Shown here: positions 1 through 8,726 of the stretch, in pieces
Layout of the letters: each line of letters starts with the position of its first letter
Numbering within the stretch: the stretch's first letter is position 1
Source: an uncultured Candidatus Rokubacteria bacterium
GTDB taxonomy: Bacteria; Methylomirabilota; Methylomirabilia; Rokubacteriales; CSP1-6
Length of the DNA: 64,000 nt
Reading direction: 5' to 3'
Assembly: GCA_963762145.1 (NCBI GenBank)
Contig: CAVXJS010000011.1
Location: 704,001-768,000 of the forward strand
Made by a program: the position numbers and the translations under genes
Notes under the pieces: model-generated
Seen by the model: only the letters and a program-made list of their open reading frames with translations
What the model was told of the DNA's origin: nothing
The model's database searches: none

Positions 1-2
1 GG

Positions 3-137
3 GCGCGGTTCGATGGCGTGCTCCGGGCGGCCCGGCCCGCGAGCGACGGCGCCATTCGCGACACCGCGGCATTCTCGATCCTGGAGGCGGAGTGGCCCGC
101 GGTCAGGGCCAATCTCGAAGCGCGACTCGAGCAGTGA
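3..137 (+). CDS. C-terminal fragment of a RimJ/RimL-type GNAT acetyltransferase (5' end outside window)
   Basis: Frame 3 reads [44 protein letters not shown]. The RDT-x-x-FSIL-x-x-EWP tail is typical of this family. Confidence 0.7.
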   Translation, partial: ARFDGVLRAARPASDGAIRDTAAFSILEAEWPAVRANLEARLEQ

Positions 138-166
138 CCCCGAGCACATCACAAGGAGACGAGGAC

Positions 167-1057
167 ATGGAGAACATGGAGAGCGGAACCCCGAGACTGA
201 AGGTGGGCCTGGCCGAGATGCTGAAGGGGGGCGTCATCATGGACGTCACCAACGCCGAGCAGGCCAAGATCGCCGAGGACGCGGGAGCGGTGGCGGTGAT
301 GGCGCTCGAGCGCGTGCCGTCGGACATCCGGAAGGAGGGCGGGGTGGCCCGCATGTCGCCGGTCACCAAGATCAAGGAGATCCAGAAGGCGGTCACGATC
401 CCGGTGATGGCCAAGTGCCGGATCGGCCACTTCGTGGAGGCCCAGATCCTGGAGTCGCTCGGGGTGGACTTCATCGACGAGTCCGAGGTGCTGACCCCCG
501 CCGACGAGCACTTCCACGTGGACAAGTTCGCCTTCAAGGTGCCCTTCGTCTGCGGGTCGCGCGATCTGGGCGAGTGCCTGCGCCGCATCGGCGAGGGCGC
601 CGCGATGATGCGGACCAAGGGCGAGGCCGGCTCCGGTAACATCGTGGAGGCGGTGCGCCACATGCGCGCGGTGACGTCGGGTATCCGCCGGCTCACCCTG
701 CTGGGCCCCGAGGAGCTGATGACCGAGGCCAAGAACCTGGGCGCGCCGTACGACATCTTGCGCTGGGTGGCCAAGAGCGGACACCTGCCGGTGCCGAACT
801 TCTCGGCGGGCGGCATCGCCACCCCGGCCGACGCGGCGCTCATGATGCAGCTCGGCGCCGAGGCGGTGTTCGTGGGCTCCGGCATCTTCAAGTCGTCGGA
901 CCCGGCGGTGCGGGCCAAGGCCATCGTGCAGGCCACCACGCACTTCAAGGATCCCGACGTCCTGGCCAAGGTCTCCGAGGGCCTCGGCGACGCGATGCCC
1001 GGCATCGAGACGTCGAAGCTGAAGGACTCCGAGCTGCTCCAGACCCGGGGCTGGTAG
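167..1057 (+). CDS. pdxS: Pyridoxal 5'-phosphate synthase lyase subunit
   Basis: Motifs [42 protein letters not shown]; GAGG before ATG 167. Confidence 0.97.
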   Translation: MENMESGTPRLKVGLAEMLKGGVIMDVTNAEQAKIAEDAGAVAVMALERVPSDIRKEGGVARMSPVTKIKEIQKAVTIPVMAKCRIGHFVEAQILESLGVDFIDESEVLTPADEHFHVDKFAFKVPFVCGSRDLGECLRRIGEGAAMMRTKGEAGSGNIVEAVRHMRAVTSGIRRLTLLGPEELMTEAKNLGAPYDILRWVAKSGHLPVPNFSAGGIATPADAALMMQLGAEAVFVGSGIFKSSDPAVRAKAIVQATTHFKDPDVLAKVSEGLGDAMPGIETSKLKDSELLQTRGW

Positions 1058-1078
1058 CGACCAACGCTAGTCAGCAGC

Positions 1079-1693
1079 ATGGATCCCGTACACGCGCTGC
1101 CACCAGACCTACCCGTCCCGGTAGACGACGGCGCCTGCGACCACCTCCCGGGGTCGCGGGTGCCGTCCATCCGTTTGCCGTCGACGGGGGGCGGGGCGGT
1201 GGACCTGGCCGAGGTCGGGTTACGGCCGGCGGTGCTCTTCTTCTACCCGCGCACCGGCGAGCCCGGAAGGTCGGCCGGTGCGGAGTGGGACGCGATTCCG
1301 GGCGCCCGCGGCTGCACGCCCCAGAGCTGCGGGTTCCGCGATCTCCACCGCGAGTTCACGAAGCTCGGGGTCGCCGTCTTCGGCATCAGCACGCAGGAGA
1401 CGGGCTACCAGCACGAGTTCGTCGTGCGCAATCACGTGCCGTTCGACCTGCTGAGCGATCGTGACCTGCTGCTGACCCGCGCGCTCCGGCTGCCGACCTT
1501 CGAGTACCCGGTGGAGCGGGGCGGGCCGACCACGCTGATCAAGCGGATGGCCTGGTTCGTGGAGCGTGGATCGATCGAGAGGATCTGGTACCCGGTCTTC
1601 CCGCCGGACCGGAATGCGGAGACGGTGCTGGCGTGGCTCCACGAGCGCGGCCGCGTGCTCGAGCCCGGGCGAGGAGAGGTCAAGCTCGCATGA
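1079..1693 (+). CDS. Peroxiredoxin (BCP/AhpC-TSA family)
   Basis: FFYPRTG...PGARGCTPQSCGFRD peroxidatic CxxxxC motif; thioredoxin-fold features. Confidence 0.88.
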   Translation: MDPVHALPPDLPVPVDDGACDHLPGSRVPSIRLPSTGGGAVDLAEVGLRPAVLFFYPRTGEPGRSAGAEWDAIPGARGCTPQSCGFRDLHREFTKLGVAVFGISTQETGYQHEFVVRNHVPFDLLSDRDLLLTRALRLPTFEYPVERGGPTTLIKRMAWFVERGSIERIWYPVFPPDRNAETVLAWLHERGRVLEPGRGEVKLA

Positions 1694-2268
1694 AGATCGG
1701 CGTCCTCGCCCTGCAGGGGGATTTCAGCCTCCACCGGAAGTCGCTCGACCGGATCGGAGTGGAGTCCGTCGAGGTGCGCATGCCCCGCCACCTGGAGGAC
1801 GTGGGTGGCCTGATCATGCCGGGCGGCGAGAGCACCACGCTGCTCAAGCTCATGGACGCCTGGGACTTCGTGCCCGCGCTCGAGAAGTTCCACGCCGCCG
1901 GGCGCCCCATCTTCGGGACCTGCGCCGGCATGATCCTGCTCGCCCGGGAAGTGCAGAGCCCCGCCCAGTTCTCCCTGGGCTTCATCGACCTCACCGTCGA
2001 GCGCAACGCCTACGGCCGCCAGAAGGAATCCTTCGAGTCGGTGGGCTCGAGCGATCTGGGGGCCGGGTCGCGCCCCCTCAAGATGGTCTTCATCCGGGCG
2101 CCCCGGATCCGGCGCCTCGGCCCCGCGGTCACACCGCTGGCCGAGCATCGGGAGGAATGCGTGATGGCCCGGCAGGGGAGCGTGGTCGTGGCCGCCTTCC
2201 ACCCCGAGCTGACCGACGAGCCCACCGTCCACGAGTACTTCGCCGGGATGGTGCGCGCCGCCGGCTAG
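1690..2268 (+). CDS. pdxT: PLP synthase glutaminase subunit
   Basis: MKIGVLALQGDF, PGGESTT, GTCAGMIL, FHPEL; ATGA overlap with the upstream gene. Confidence 0.97.
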   Translation: MKIGVLALQGDFSLHRKSLDRIGVESVEVRMPRHLEDVGGLIMPGGESTTLLKLMDAWDFVPALEKFHAAGRPIFGTCAGMILLAREVQSPAQFSLGFIDLTVERNAYGRQKESFESVGSSDLGAGSRPLKMVFIRAPRIRRLGPAVTPLAEHREECVMARQGSVVVAAFHPELTDEPTVHEYFAGMVRAAG

Positions 2269-2915
2269 GCTTTCCCCGCCTCCAGTAGCTCCACCGGGTC
2301 GCCAACCGCGATCCGGCCCCCGCGGTCCACCCCGCAGTCCAGCGCCATCTGCCCCCCGAACTCGGAAGCGATTCGCCGGAGCACCGACAGGTCCTGCTCC
2401 AGAGTGTCGGGATCGTAGGTGGTCATCACGCACCGCGACCGGAGCTTGGCAACGGATGCGACCGCTTCCCCGATCCGGAGCCGGTGTCCCGGCCAGCCCC
2501 GCTCGGTCAGCCCATCCACCCCGCCGATGACGATGTTTGGCCGGAGCCGGCGGTGGTCCACGCCGAGCTGCTCGAAGGCGCCGTCGGTCCCGATCAGGAG
2601 CGGCAGGACGTCGAACCGTTCCGGGCCGTCGTACCGGACCAGACGGGCCTTCGGACCGGCCGCGGCCCGGACCGCCTCCGCGATGTCGGGATCATCCCAG
2701 GGCTTCTGATCGACCAGCACGAGGCCGTCCGGGGCCAGGCTCGACCTGAGCCCGAGCAGGCGGGGATGGCTCCGCGAGGTGATGATGCGATCGCCGGGTC
2801 CGACGACCAGCACCATCCGGTCTCCGACGATCCCGGCGTCGGTGACCTCCGCGCGCTCGATCCGCTCGCCGGCCATCGACTTCACCGGGTATCGCCACAG
2901 CTCCTGGATCCACAT
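2265..2915 (-). CDS. MOSC domain protein (YcbX/mARC-like)
   Basis: N-terminal LWRYPVKSMAGE, then RRLRPNIVI and RCVMTT with the conserved Cys; GGAGGGAG RBS upstream on the minus strand. Confidence 0.9.
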   Translation of the reverse strand: MWIQELWRYPVKSMAGERIERAEVTDAGIVGDRMVLVVGPGDRIITSRSHPRLLGLRSSLAPDGLVLVDQKPWDDPDIAEAVRAAAGPKARLVRYDGPERFDVLPLLIGTDGAFEQLGVDHRRLRPNIVIGGVDGLTERGWPGHRLRIGEAVASVAKLRSRCVMTTYDPDTLEQDLSVLRRIASEFGGQMALDCGVDRGGRIAVGDPVELLEAGKA

Positions 2916-2936
2916 AGGCGCTCCCTCCTCTCGTGC

Positions 2937-2964
2937 TAACCTCTTTGAGTAGAAAAAGAGGTTA
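2937..2964. promoter_or_regulatory. Perfect 10-bp inverted repeat TAACCTCTTT-N8-AAAGAGGTTA, candidate operator
   Basis: Read directly in the AT-rich intergenic region between the divergent MOSC and CGNR genes. Confidence 0.6.
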
Positions 2965-3015
2965 ATCGATTCAGATCGGATAGTGATATAGATCGTATTG
3001 ATCTGACAGTAACTT

Positions 3016-3633
3016 ATGAGGATAGTCCGAAGGGAAGTTCTGAGGATTGGCGGCGACCTCGCGGTCGAGTTCGCCAACACGGTCTTCTCCCCGACGGATC
3101 CCGGCGGGTCGCTCCATTCGTGGAGTGACCTCATCGACTTCCTCGAGCTGCGGGGAGGCCTGGCGCCCGGCGACGGCGCCATGCTCCGGGCGATGGGGGC
3201 GACGGACGCCCGTCGCTGCGCCGGGGCTTTCGCGCAGGCCCTGGCGCTCCGCGAGACGATCCGCGCCATGCTCGGGGCCATGGCCAGTAGACGACTCCTG
3301 CGTGCCGGGTGGATCGCCGAGGTCAACGAGGCGCTTGCGGCCGGGGTCGGCGCGCCCCGATTGATCCGCCAGGACGGCGGCTGGCGCCTCGGCCTCTCGC
3401 CGGGTCTGGCCGCGCCCCCCCAGGCCCAGGCCCCGATCGCGCGCGCCGTGGCCGACCTGGTCGTGTCGGGCCGCGGGGTCGAGATCGGCAAGTGCGCCAA
3501 CCCACGGTGCGTGCTCTACTTCCGGGACCGGTCCCGGACCCGCCGCCGCCGCTGGTGCTCGATGGCCGTCTGCGGCAATCGGATGAAGGTGGCCGCCCAC
3601 GTGCGCCGCCACGGCCGCCGCCGCTCCGCCTAG
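3016..3633 (+). CDS. CGNR zinc-finger / ABATE domain putative transcription factor
   Basis: LAVEFANT N-terminus; C-terminal CANPRCVLYFRDRS...RRWCSMAVCGNRMKV. Confidence 0.92.
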   Translation: MRIVRREVLRIGGDLAVEFANTVFSPTDPGGSLHSWSDLIDFLELRGGLAPGDGAMLRAMGATDARRCAGAFAQALALRETIRAMLGAMASRRLLRAGWIAEVNEALAAGVGAPRLIRQDGGWRLGLSPGLAAPPQAQAPIARAVADLVVSGRGVEIGKCANPRCVLYFRDRSRTRRRRWCSMAVCGNRMKVAAHVRRHGRRRSA

Positions 3634-3645
3634 CCTGCTTTGCCC

Positions 3646-3686
3646 TTGACAGGTCACCGGGCCGGAGGCAGGCTATGGTCCGACCA
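3646..3686 (+). promoter_or_regulatory. Sigma70-like promoter with FadR/GntR-type operator TGGTC-C-GACCA
   Basis: TTGACA 3646-3651, 17-nt spacer, CAGGCT 3669-3674; palindrome at 3676-3686 over the expected +1. Confidence 0.6.
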
Positions 3687-3728
3687 GCCGACCAGCGGCT
3701 CACCGGACGCGTTTCGAGGAGGTAGGGC

Positions 3729-4934
3729 ATGGCTCACTTCACCTGCGAGGTCGTCTACCGCGGCATCTTCCAGAAGAACCTGGCCGCGCGCATCTGCCGC
3801 GGCATCGTCCTCTCCGCACGGAAAGCCGGGCGGTGGGGGATCGCCTTTGGACGATACGGGGACAGTCCGCAGCGTAACGGCATCCCGGCCAAGGACTTCG
3901 CGATCGTCGCGGACACGCAGGAAGAGCTCGAGCAGAACATGGCGCGCTACGAGCCCAAGGAGGTGGACGTCACGATCTGCGTGGACGACACGCTCTCGAA
4001 GGGCGTGGAGTCCTGGGCCTGGTACGGGCTCCAGCCGATCAACCGGCTCACCATCTCGGGCGGCACGCTCCTGATGACCTCGCTCCAGAGCCCGGCCGCG
4101 CTGCTCAAGGACATCCACAAGAAGGACGCCCCCTACAATCTGGCCCTCATGCGGGCGAAGGCGTCCTTCTCCGGCCTCTGGGTCTACAAGGAGGATCACA
4201 CCGAGGCCCGCATCCTGGGCGCCCTCGCCAAGATCCAGCCCGAGTTCCTGTCGCTTGACGCGGTCTGCGAGGCCATCAAGGAAGCCGAGTGGGGCTCCGA
4301 CCTCAAGGTGGCTTCGGCCCGCAAGGCCCACGAGCGGCTCGAGACCCAGCCGATCAAGATCACCGAGGGCAACTCGGAGATCCCGTACTCCTTCGAGATG
4401 CCCAAGTGGTGGGAGATGCGGGAGGGCGTGACCATCCCGGCCATCCCCATCGGCAAGCCGATGGAGGGAGGCAAGGGGTACGTGCCGGAGCGCAACCCGT
4501 ACTTCAAGAAGTTCACCACCCGCACCATGCGGCCGGTGATCGACTTCGACAAATGCGTGAAGTGCACCCTCTGCTGGATCCAGTGCCCCGACTCCTGCTT
4601 CGACGTGACCCCGGACGGCCTCTACGACGCCAACATGGAGTCCTGCTGCGGCTGCGGTGTCTGCGAGGCGGTGTGCCCGGCCAAGGACTGCGTCACCATG
4701 GTGCGCGAGGACGCCTTCGAGGACAATGCGAGCCAGTGGGAGATGTGGCGGACCGACAAGGCCACCTACAAGACCTGGATGACCGACAAGATCCACAGCA
4801 AGGAGCACATCACCCGGTCCCACGGCTTCCGCTTCCGCGGCCAGTACGAGGAAGAGATCAAGAAGGAGCTGGAGTCGGGCGGCATCGAGATCACCGCGGG
4901 CATTCCCGGCGAGAACGCCGACTCGAAGAAGTAG
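3729..4934 (+). CDS. 2-oxoacid:ferredoxin oxidoreductase fused gamma-delta subunit (oxalate oxidoreductase delta-like)
   Basis: PorC-like N-terminal domain plus two [4Fe-4S] motifs, CVKCTLCWIQCP and CCGCGVCEAVCP. Confidence 0.85.
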   Translation: MAHFTCEVVYRGIFQKNLAARICRGIVLSARKAGRWGIAFGRYGDSPQRNGIPAKDFAIVADTQEELEQNMARYEPKEVDVTICVDDTLSKGVESWAWYGLQPINRLTISGGTLLMTSLQSPAALLKDIHKKDAPYNLALMRAKASFSGLWVYKEDHTEARILGALAKIQPEFLSLDAVCEAIKEAEWGSDLKVASARKAHERLETQPIKITEGNSEIPYSFEMPKWWEMREGVTIPAIPIGKPMEGGKGYVPERNPYFKKFTTRTMRPVIDFDKCVKCTLCWIQCPDSCFDVTPDGLYDANMESCCGCGVCEAVCPAKDCVTMVREDAFEDNASQWEMWRTDKATYKTWMTDKIHSKEHITRSHGFRFRGQYEEEIKKELESGGIEITAGIPGENADSKK

Positions 4935-4949
4935 GGGAGGACTGAGACC

Positions 4950-6178
4950 ATGGCAGTCGAGACCAAGCCCGCAGGAGCGGTCGCCGATCACAAGGAGATG
5001 CTCATCTCCGGCAGCGAGGCGTGCGCCGAGGCGCTGACCCTCGCCGACATCGACGTGGTGACCGCGTACCCGATCCGGCCCTACGACACGGTCATGCAGG
5101 CCATCGCCAAGAAGATCGCCAACGGCCAGCTCGAGGCCGAGTACATCGTCGCCGAGGGCGAGCACAGCCAGTTCGAGATCGTCAAGCACGCCTCCACGGT
5201 CGGCGCGCGCGTGTTCTGCGGCTCGTCCGGCGTCGGCTGGATGTACGCGATGGAGTGCCTGACCGTCACCCCGCCGCTGCGCGTGCCGATGGTGTGCATG
5301 GTGGGCAACCGGGCCCTCGACGACCCGGGCGCCTTCGGCGTCGAGCACAACGACGCGCTGGTCGTCCGTGACCTCGGCTGGATGCTGATCTGGGTCGACA
5401 CGGCCCAGGAGATGCTCGACACGACCCTGCTCGCCTACCGCATCGCCGAGGACCGGCGGGTGTTCCTGCCCATCGCGATCTCGGCGGACGGCGCGTTCCT
5501 GACCCACTCGCAGGCGATCTGCCAGGTGCCGACCCGGGGGCTGGTGGACAAGTTCCTCCCGCGCTACGACCGCGGCGACCTGCAGCTGCACCCGGACAAC
5601 CCGATCACGGTGGCGCCCCAGGCCAACGAGGACTGGGTCATCGAGATCCGGCGGCAGAACGACGAGGCCATGAAGCGGGCCACCAGCGTGATCGAAGAGG
5701 CCTACGCTGATTTCGGAAAGTCATGGGCCGCGGTCCCGAGAACCCGTGGTTCGAGGAGTACATGACCGAGGACGCGGAGATCATCCTGGTCGGCATGGGC
5801 ACGATCTCGCTGCCGATGAAGGTCGGCATCCGCAACATGCGGGCCCAGGGCAAGAAGGTCGGCCTGGTGCGGCCGCGGTGGTTCCGCCCGTTCCCGACCG
5901 ACCGGATGGTGAAGGCGCTCTCGAAGGCCTCGGCGATCGGGGTCATCGACCGCGACTACTCCTTCGGCTCGCCATTCAACTCGGGGGTGGTCGCCAATGA
6001 GATCCGGGCCGCGATGTACAATGCGGACAAGCGCCCGCCGCTCCTGAGCTTCATCTGCGGCCTGGGCGGCCGCGAGGTCACCCTGGAGGATGTCGCGAAG
6101 GCGGCGGACATGTGCTACGCGGCCGCGAAGGCCGGCAAGTCGGATCCCAAGACCCACTGGCTGGGCGTGCGCGAGTAG
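4950..6178 (+). CDS. 2-oxoacid:ferredoxin oxidoreductase alpha subunit (OOR-like); one indel near 5713
   Basis: YPIRP, EGEHSQ and NRALDDPG motifs. ORFs 4950-5765 and 5723-6178 join as ADF(R)KVMGRGPENPW with one extra base; C-terminal RPFP and GLGGRE. Confidence 0.88.
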
Positions 6179-6199
6179 CGCGAGCGAGAGGAGAGCCAC

Positions 6200-7210
6200 A
6201 TGGCCGATACCGCATTCACGAACGCGACGCAGATCCTGGAGCCCTTCAAGGGCGTCAAGAAGGTCACGATCGAGGAGTACTTCACCTCCGGCCACCGCAC
6301 CTGCCAGGGCTGCGAGTCGGCCCTGGTGATGAAGCTCATGGTCAAGGCGGCGGGCCCGCGCACGATCGTGCTCGGCTCGACCGGCTGCATGTACGTGGCC
6401 AACACCACGTACTACACGACCCCGTGGGTGGTGCCGTGGATGCACACCCAGCTCGGCTCCTCGGGCTCCGCCGCCCTCGGCACCGCGGCCGGGCTCAAGG
6501 CGCTGATGAAGAAGGGCAAGATGAAGTCGGAGCCGATCAACGTCATCGCGTTCTGCGGCGACGGCGGCGGCGCCGACATGGGCCTGGGCGCCATCTCCGC
6601 GACGCTGACCCACAGGGAGTACAACTCGCTGATCCTGATGTACGACAACGAGTCGTACGCCAACACCGACATCCAGCTCTCGGGCTCCACGCCGTACGGC
6701 GCGAACACCACGTTCAGCCCGCCGGGCTCGGTCAAGCGCATCATCCACACCCGCTGGAAGAAGAACACCGCGGGCATGCTGGCGGCCGGGCACCCCGAGT
6801 GCCGGTACGTGGCGACCGTCGATGCCTCCTACGCGGTCGAGATGATGAACAAGGTCCGCAAGGCGCTCACCATCGGCGGGCCGACCTTCATCCACTCGCT
6901 CGACCCGTGCCCGAAGGGCTGGGACTACGACCCGATGCTCTCCCACGAGCTGGGCGAGCTGGCTGTCGAGACCGGTATCTTCCCGCTCTACGAGGTGGAG
7001 GACGGCGTGGTGCGGCACTACGGCAAGACGAAGGCGATCGTCGAAGGCCGTCCGCGCAAGCCGGTTCGCGAGTACCTGCTCAAGCAGGGCCGCTTCGCCC
7101 ACTTCACCGAGGAAGACCTCGACTACTTCCAGTCCAAGGTGGACGAGATGTGGGACAAGTGGGAGATCCCGGGCGTGATCCCGTTCTGGAAGGAGCGCCC
7201 CGGCAACTAG
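6200..7210 (+). CDS. 2-oxoacid:ferredoxin oxidoreductase beta (TPP-binding) subunit
   Basis: GHRTCQGC, TGC, GDGG...DNESYANT, PCPKGW motifs. Confidence 0.92.
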   Translation: MADTAFTNATQILEPFKGVKKVTIEEYFTSGHRTCQGCESALVMKLMVKAAGPRTIVLGSTGCMYVANTTYYTTPWVVPWMHTQLGSSGSAALGTAAGLKALMKKGKMKSEPINVIAFCGDGGGADMGLGAISATLTHREYNSLILMYDNESYANTDIQLSGSTPYGANTTFSPPGSVKRIIHTRWKKNTAGMLAAGHPECRYVATVDASYAVEMMNKVRKALTIGGPTFIHSLDPCPKGWDYDPMLSHELGELAVETGIFPLYEVEDGVVRHYGKTKAIVEGRPRKPVREYLLKQGRFAHFTEEDLDYFQSKVDEMWDKWEIPGVIPFWKERPGN

Positions 7211-7260
7211 CGGTCCGCAGCACCAGCAGCGACGCCCAACCCCGACCACAAGGAGGGGAC

Positions 7261-8250
7261 ATGACCCGTCACGGTCGACGCCTCGCGGCGCTGGTCCCGG
7301 CCATCCTGGCCGTCGTATTTCTCTGCTCCCCGGCACAGGCCTGGGAGCCGAGCAAGCCCATCGAGTTCGTGATCCCGGCCGGCACCGGCGGGGGCGCCGA
7401 CCAGATGGCGCGTCTGATTGCGGGCATCGTCGAGAAGCACCGGCTCTCGCCGCGCCCGTTCATCGTGGTCAACAAGTCGGGGGGGGCGGGCGCGGAGGGC
7501 TTCCTCCACGTGAAGGGCAAGAAGGGTGACGCCCACACGATGATCATCACGCTCTCCAACCTCTTCACGACGCCGCTCCACACCGGGGTGCCCTTCGGCT
7601 GGAAGGATCTCACCCCGATCGCGCGCATGGCGCTCGACGAGTTCATCCTGTGGGTGAACGCGGAGACGCCCTACAAGACCGCCAAGGAGTACGTCGCGGC
7701 GGCGAAGGAGCGCTCGGGCGGGGACCGCATGAAGATGGCGGGGACCGGCTCGGCCCAGGAAGACCAGATCCTCACCATCCAGCTCGAGCAGGCCACCGGG
7801 GTGAAGTTCACCTACGTGCCCTTCAAGGGGGGCGGCGAGGTGTGCGTGAACCTCGTCGGCAAGCACGTGGACTCGACGGTCAACAATCCCATCGAGTGCG
7901 CCAGCCACTGGAAGGCGGGGCGGGTGCGCCCGCTGGCCGTCTTCGACACCGCGCGGATCACGGTGCCGGAGTGGAAGGACATCCCGACCGTCAAGGAAGC
8001 GCTCGGCGCGGACATCAGCTATCTGATGCTGCGCGGGATCTTCGGTCCTCCCGACATGCCGAAGGACGCGCTGGAGTGGTACCAGGCCCTGCTGAAGAAG
8101 GTCTACGAGTCCGCCGAGTTCAAGGACTACCTCAACCAGGGGGCCCTCAAGCCTGCCTGGGAGACCGGCCCCGAGTTCGTGCAGTGGCTCGGCCAGGCCG
8201 AGCAGCTTCATCGAGACCTGATGACGAAAGGCGGCCTGCTGAAGAAGTAA
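7261..8250 (+). CDS. tctC: Tripartite tricarboxylate transporter substrate-binding protein (Bug/TctC)
   Basis: Signal peptide ending AQA; KPIEFVIPAGTGGGAD, NKSGGAGAEG, VPFKGGGE. Confidence 0.92.
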   Translation: MTRHGRRLAALVPAILAVVFLCSPAQAWEPSKPIEFVIPAGTGGGADQMARLIAGIVEKHRLSPRPFIVVNKSGGAGAEGFLHVKGKKGDAHTMIITLSNLFTTPLHTGVPFGWKDLTPIARMALDEFILWVNAETPYKTAKEYVAAAKERSGGDRMKMAGTGSAQEDQILTIQLEQATGVKFTYVPFKGGGEVCVNLVGKHVDSTVNNPIECASHWKAGRVRPLAVFDTARITVPEWKDIPTVKEALGADISYLMLRGIFGPPDMPKDALEWYQALLKKVYESAEFKDYLNQGALKPAWETGPEFVQWLGQAEQLHRDLMTKGGLLKK

Positions 8251-8261
8251 CCGTCCCCCGC

Positions 8262-8723
8262 ATGCGGACCGCCGACCTGACGACGGCGCTGATCCTAATG
8301 GCCGGGGGCCTCCTGGTGATCTGGGACGCCCTGCGCCTCGGGATCGGCTGGGGGACCGACGGCCCGCAGAGCGGGTTCTTCCCGTTCTGGCTCGCGGTGC
8401 TGCTCCTCGCATCCTGCGCGGCCATCGCGCTGCAGGCCTGGCGGCGGTCGAGCTCCGCCCCCTTCGTCACCCGGCAACGACTCGCGCCCGTCTTGACCAC
8501 GCTGCTGCCCGCGACCGGCTTCGTGGTGCTGACCCAGTTCATCGGGCTCTACGTGGCCACCTGCGCCTTCATGGCCCTGTACATGCGCTGGATCGGCCGC
8601 TACCCGTGGCTGGCGGTGATCTCGGTGAGCGTGCTCTTTCCGCTGGTGACCTTCGTGGTGTTCGAGAAGTGGTTCCTCGTGCCGATGCCCAAGGGTCCGC
8701 TCGAGGCCTGGCTGGGCTACTGA
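8262..8723 (+). CDS. tctB: Tripartite tricarboxylate transporter small subunit
   Basis: About four TM segments, GPQSGFFPFW and C-terminal VPMPKG; lies between tctC and tctA. Confidence 0.9.
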   Translation: MRTADLTTALILMAGGLLVIWDALRLGIGWGTDGPQSGFFPFWLAVLLLASCAAIALQAWRRSSSAPFVTRQRLAPVLTTLLPATGFVVLTQFIGLYVATCAFMALYMRWIGRYPWLAVISVSVLFPLVTFVVFEKWFLVPMPKGPLEAWLGY

Positions 8724-8726
8724 TTC

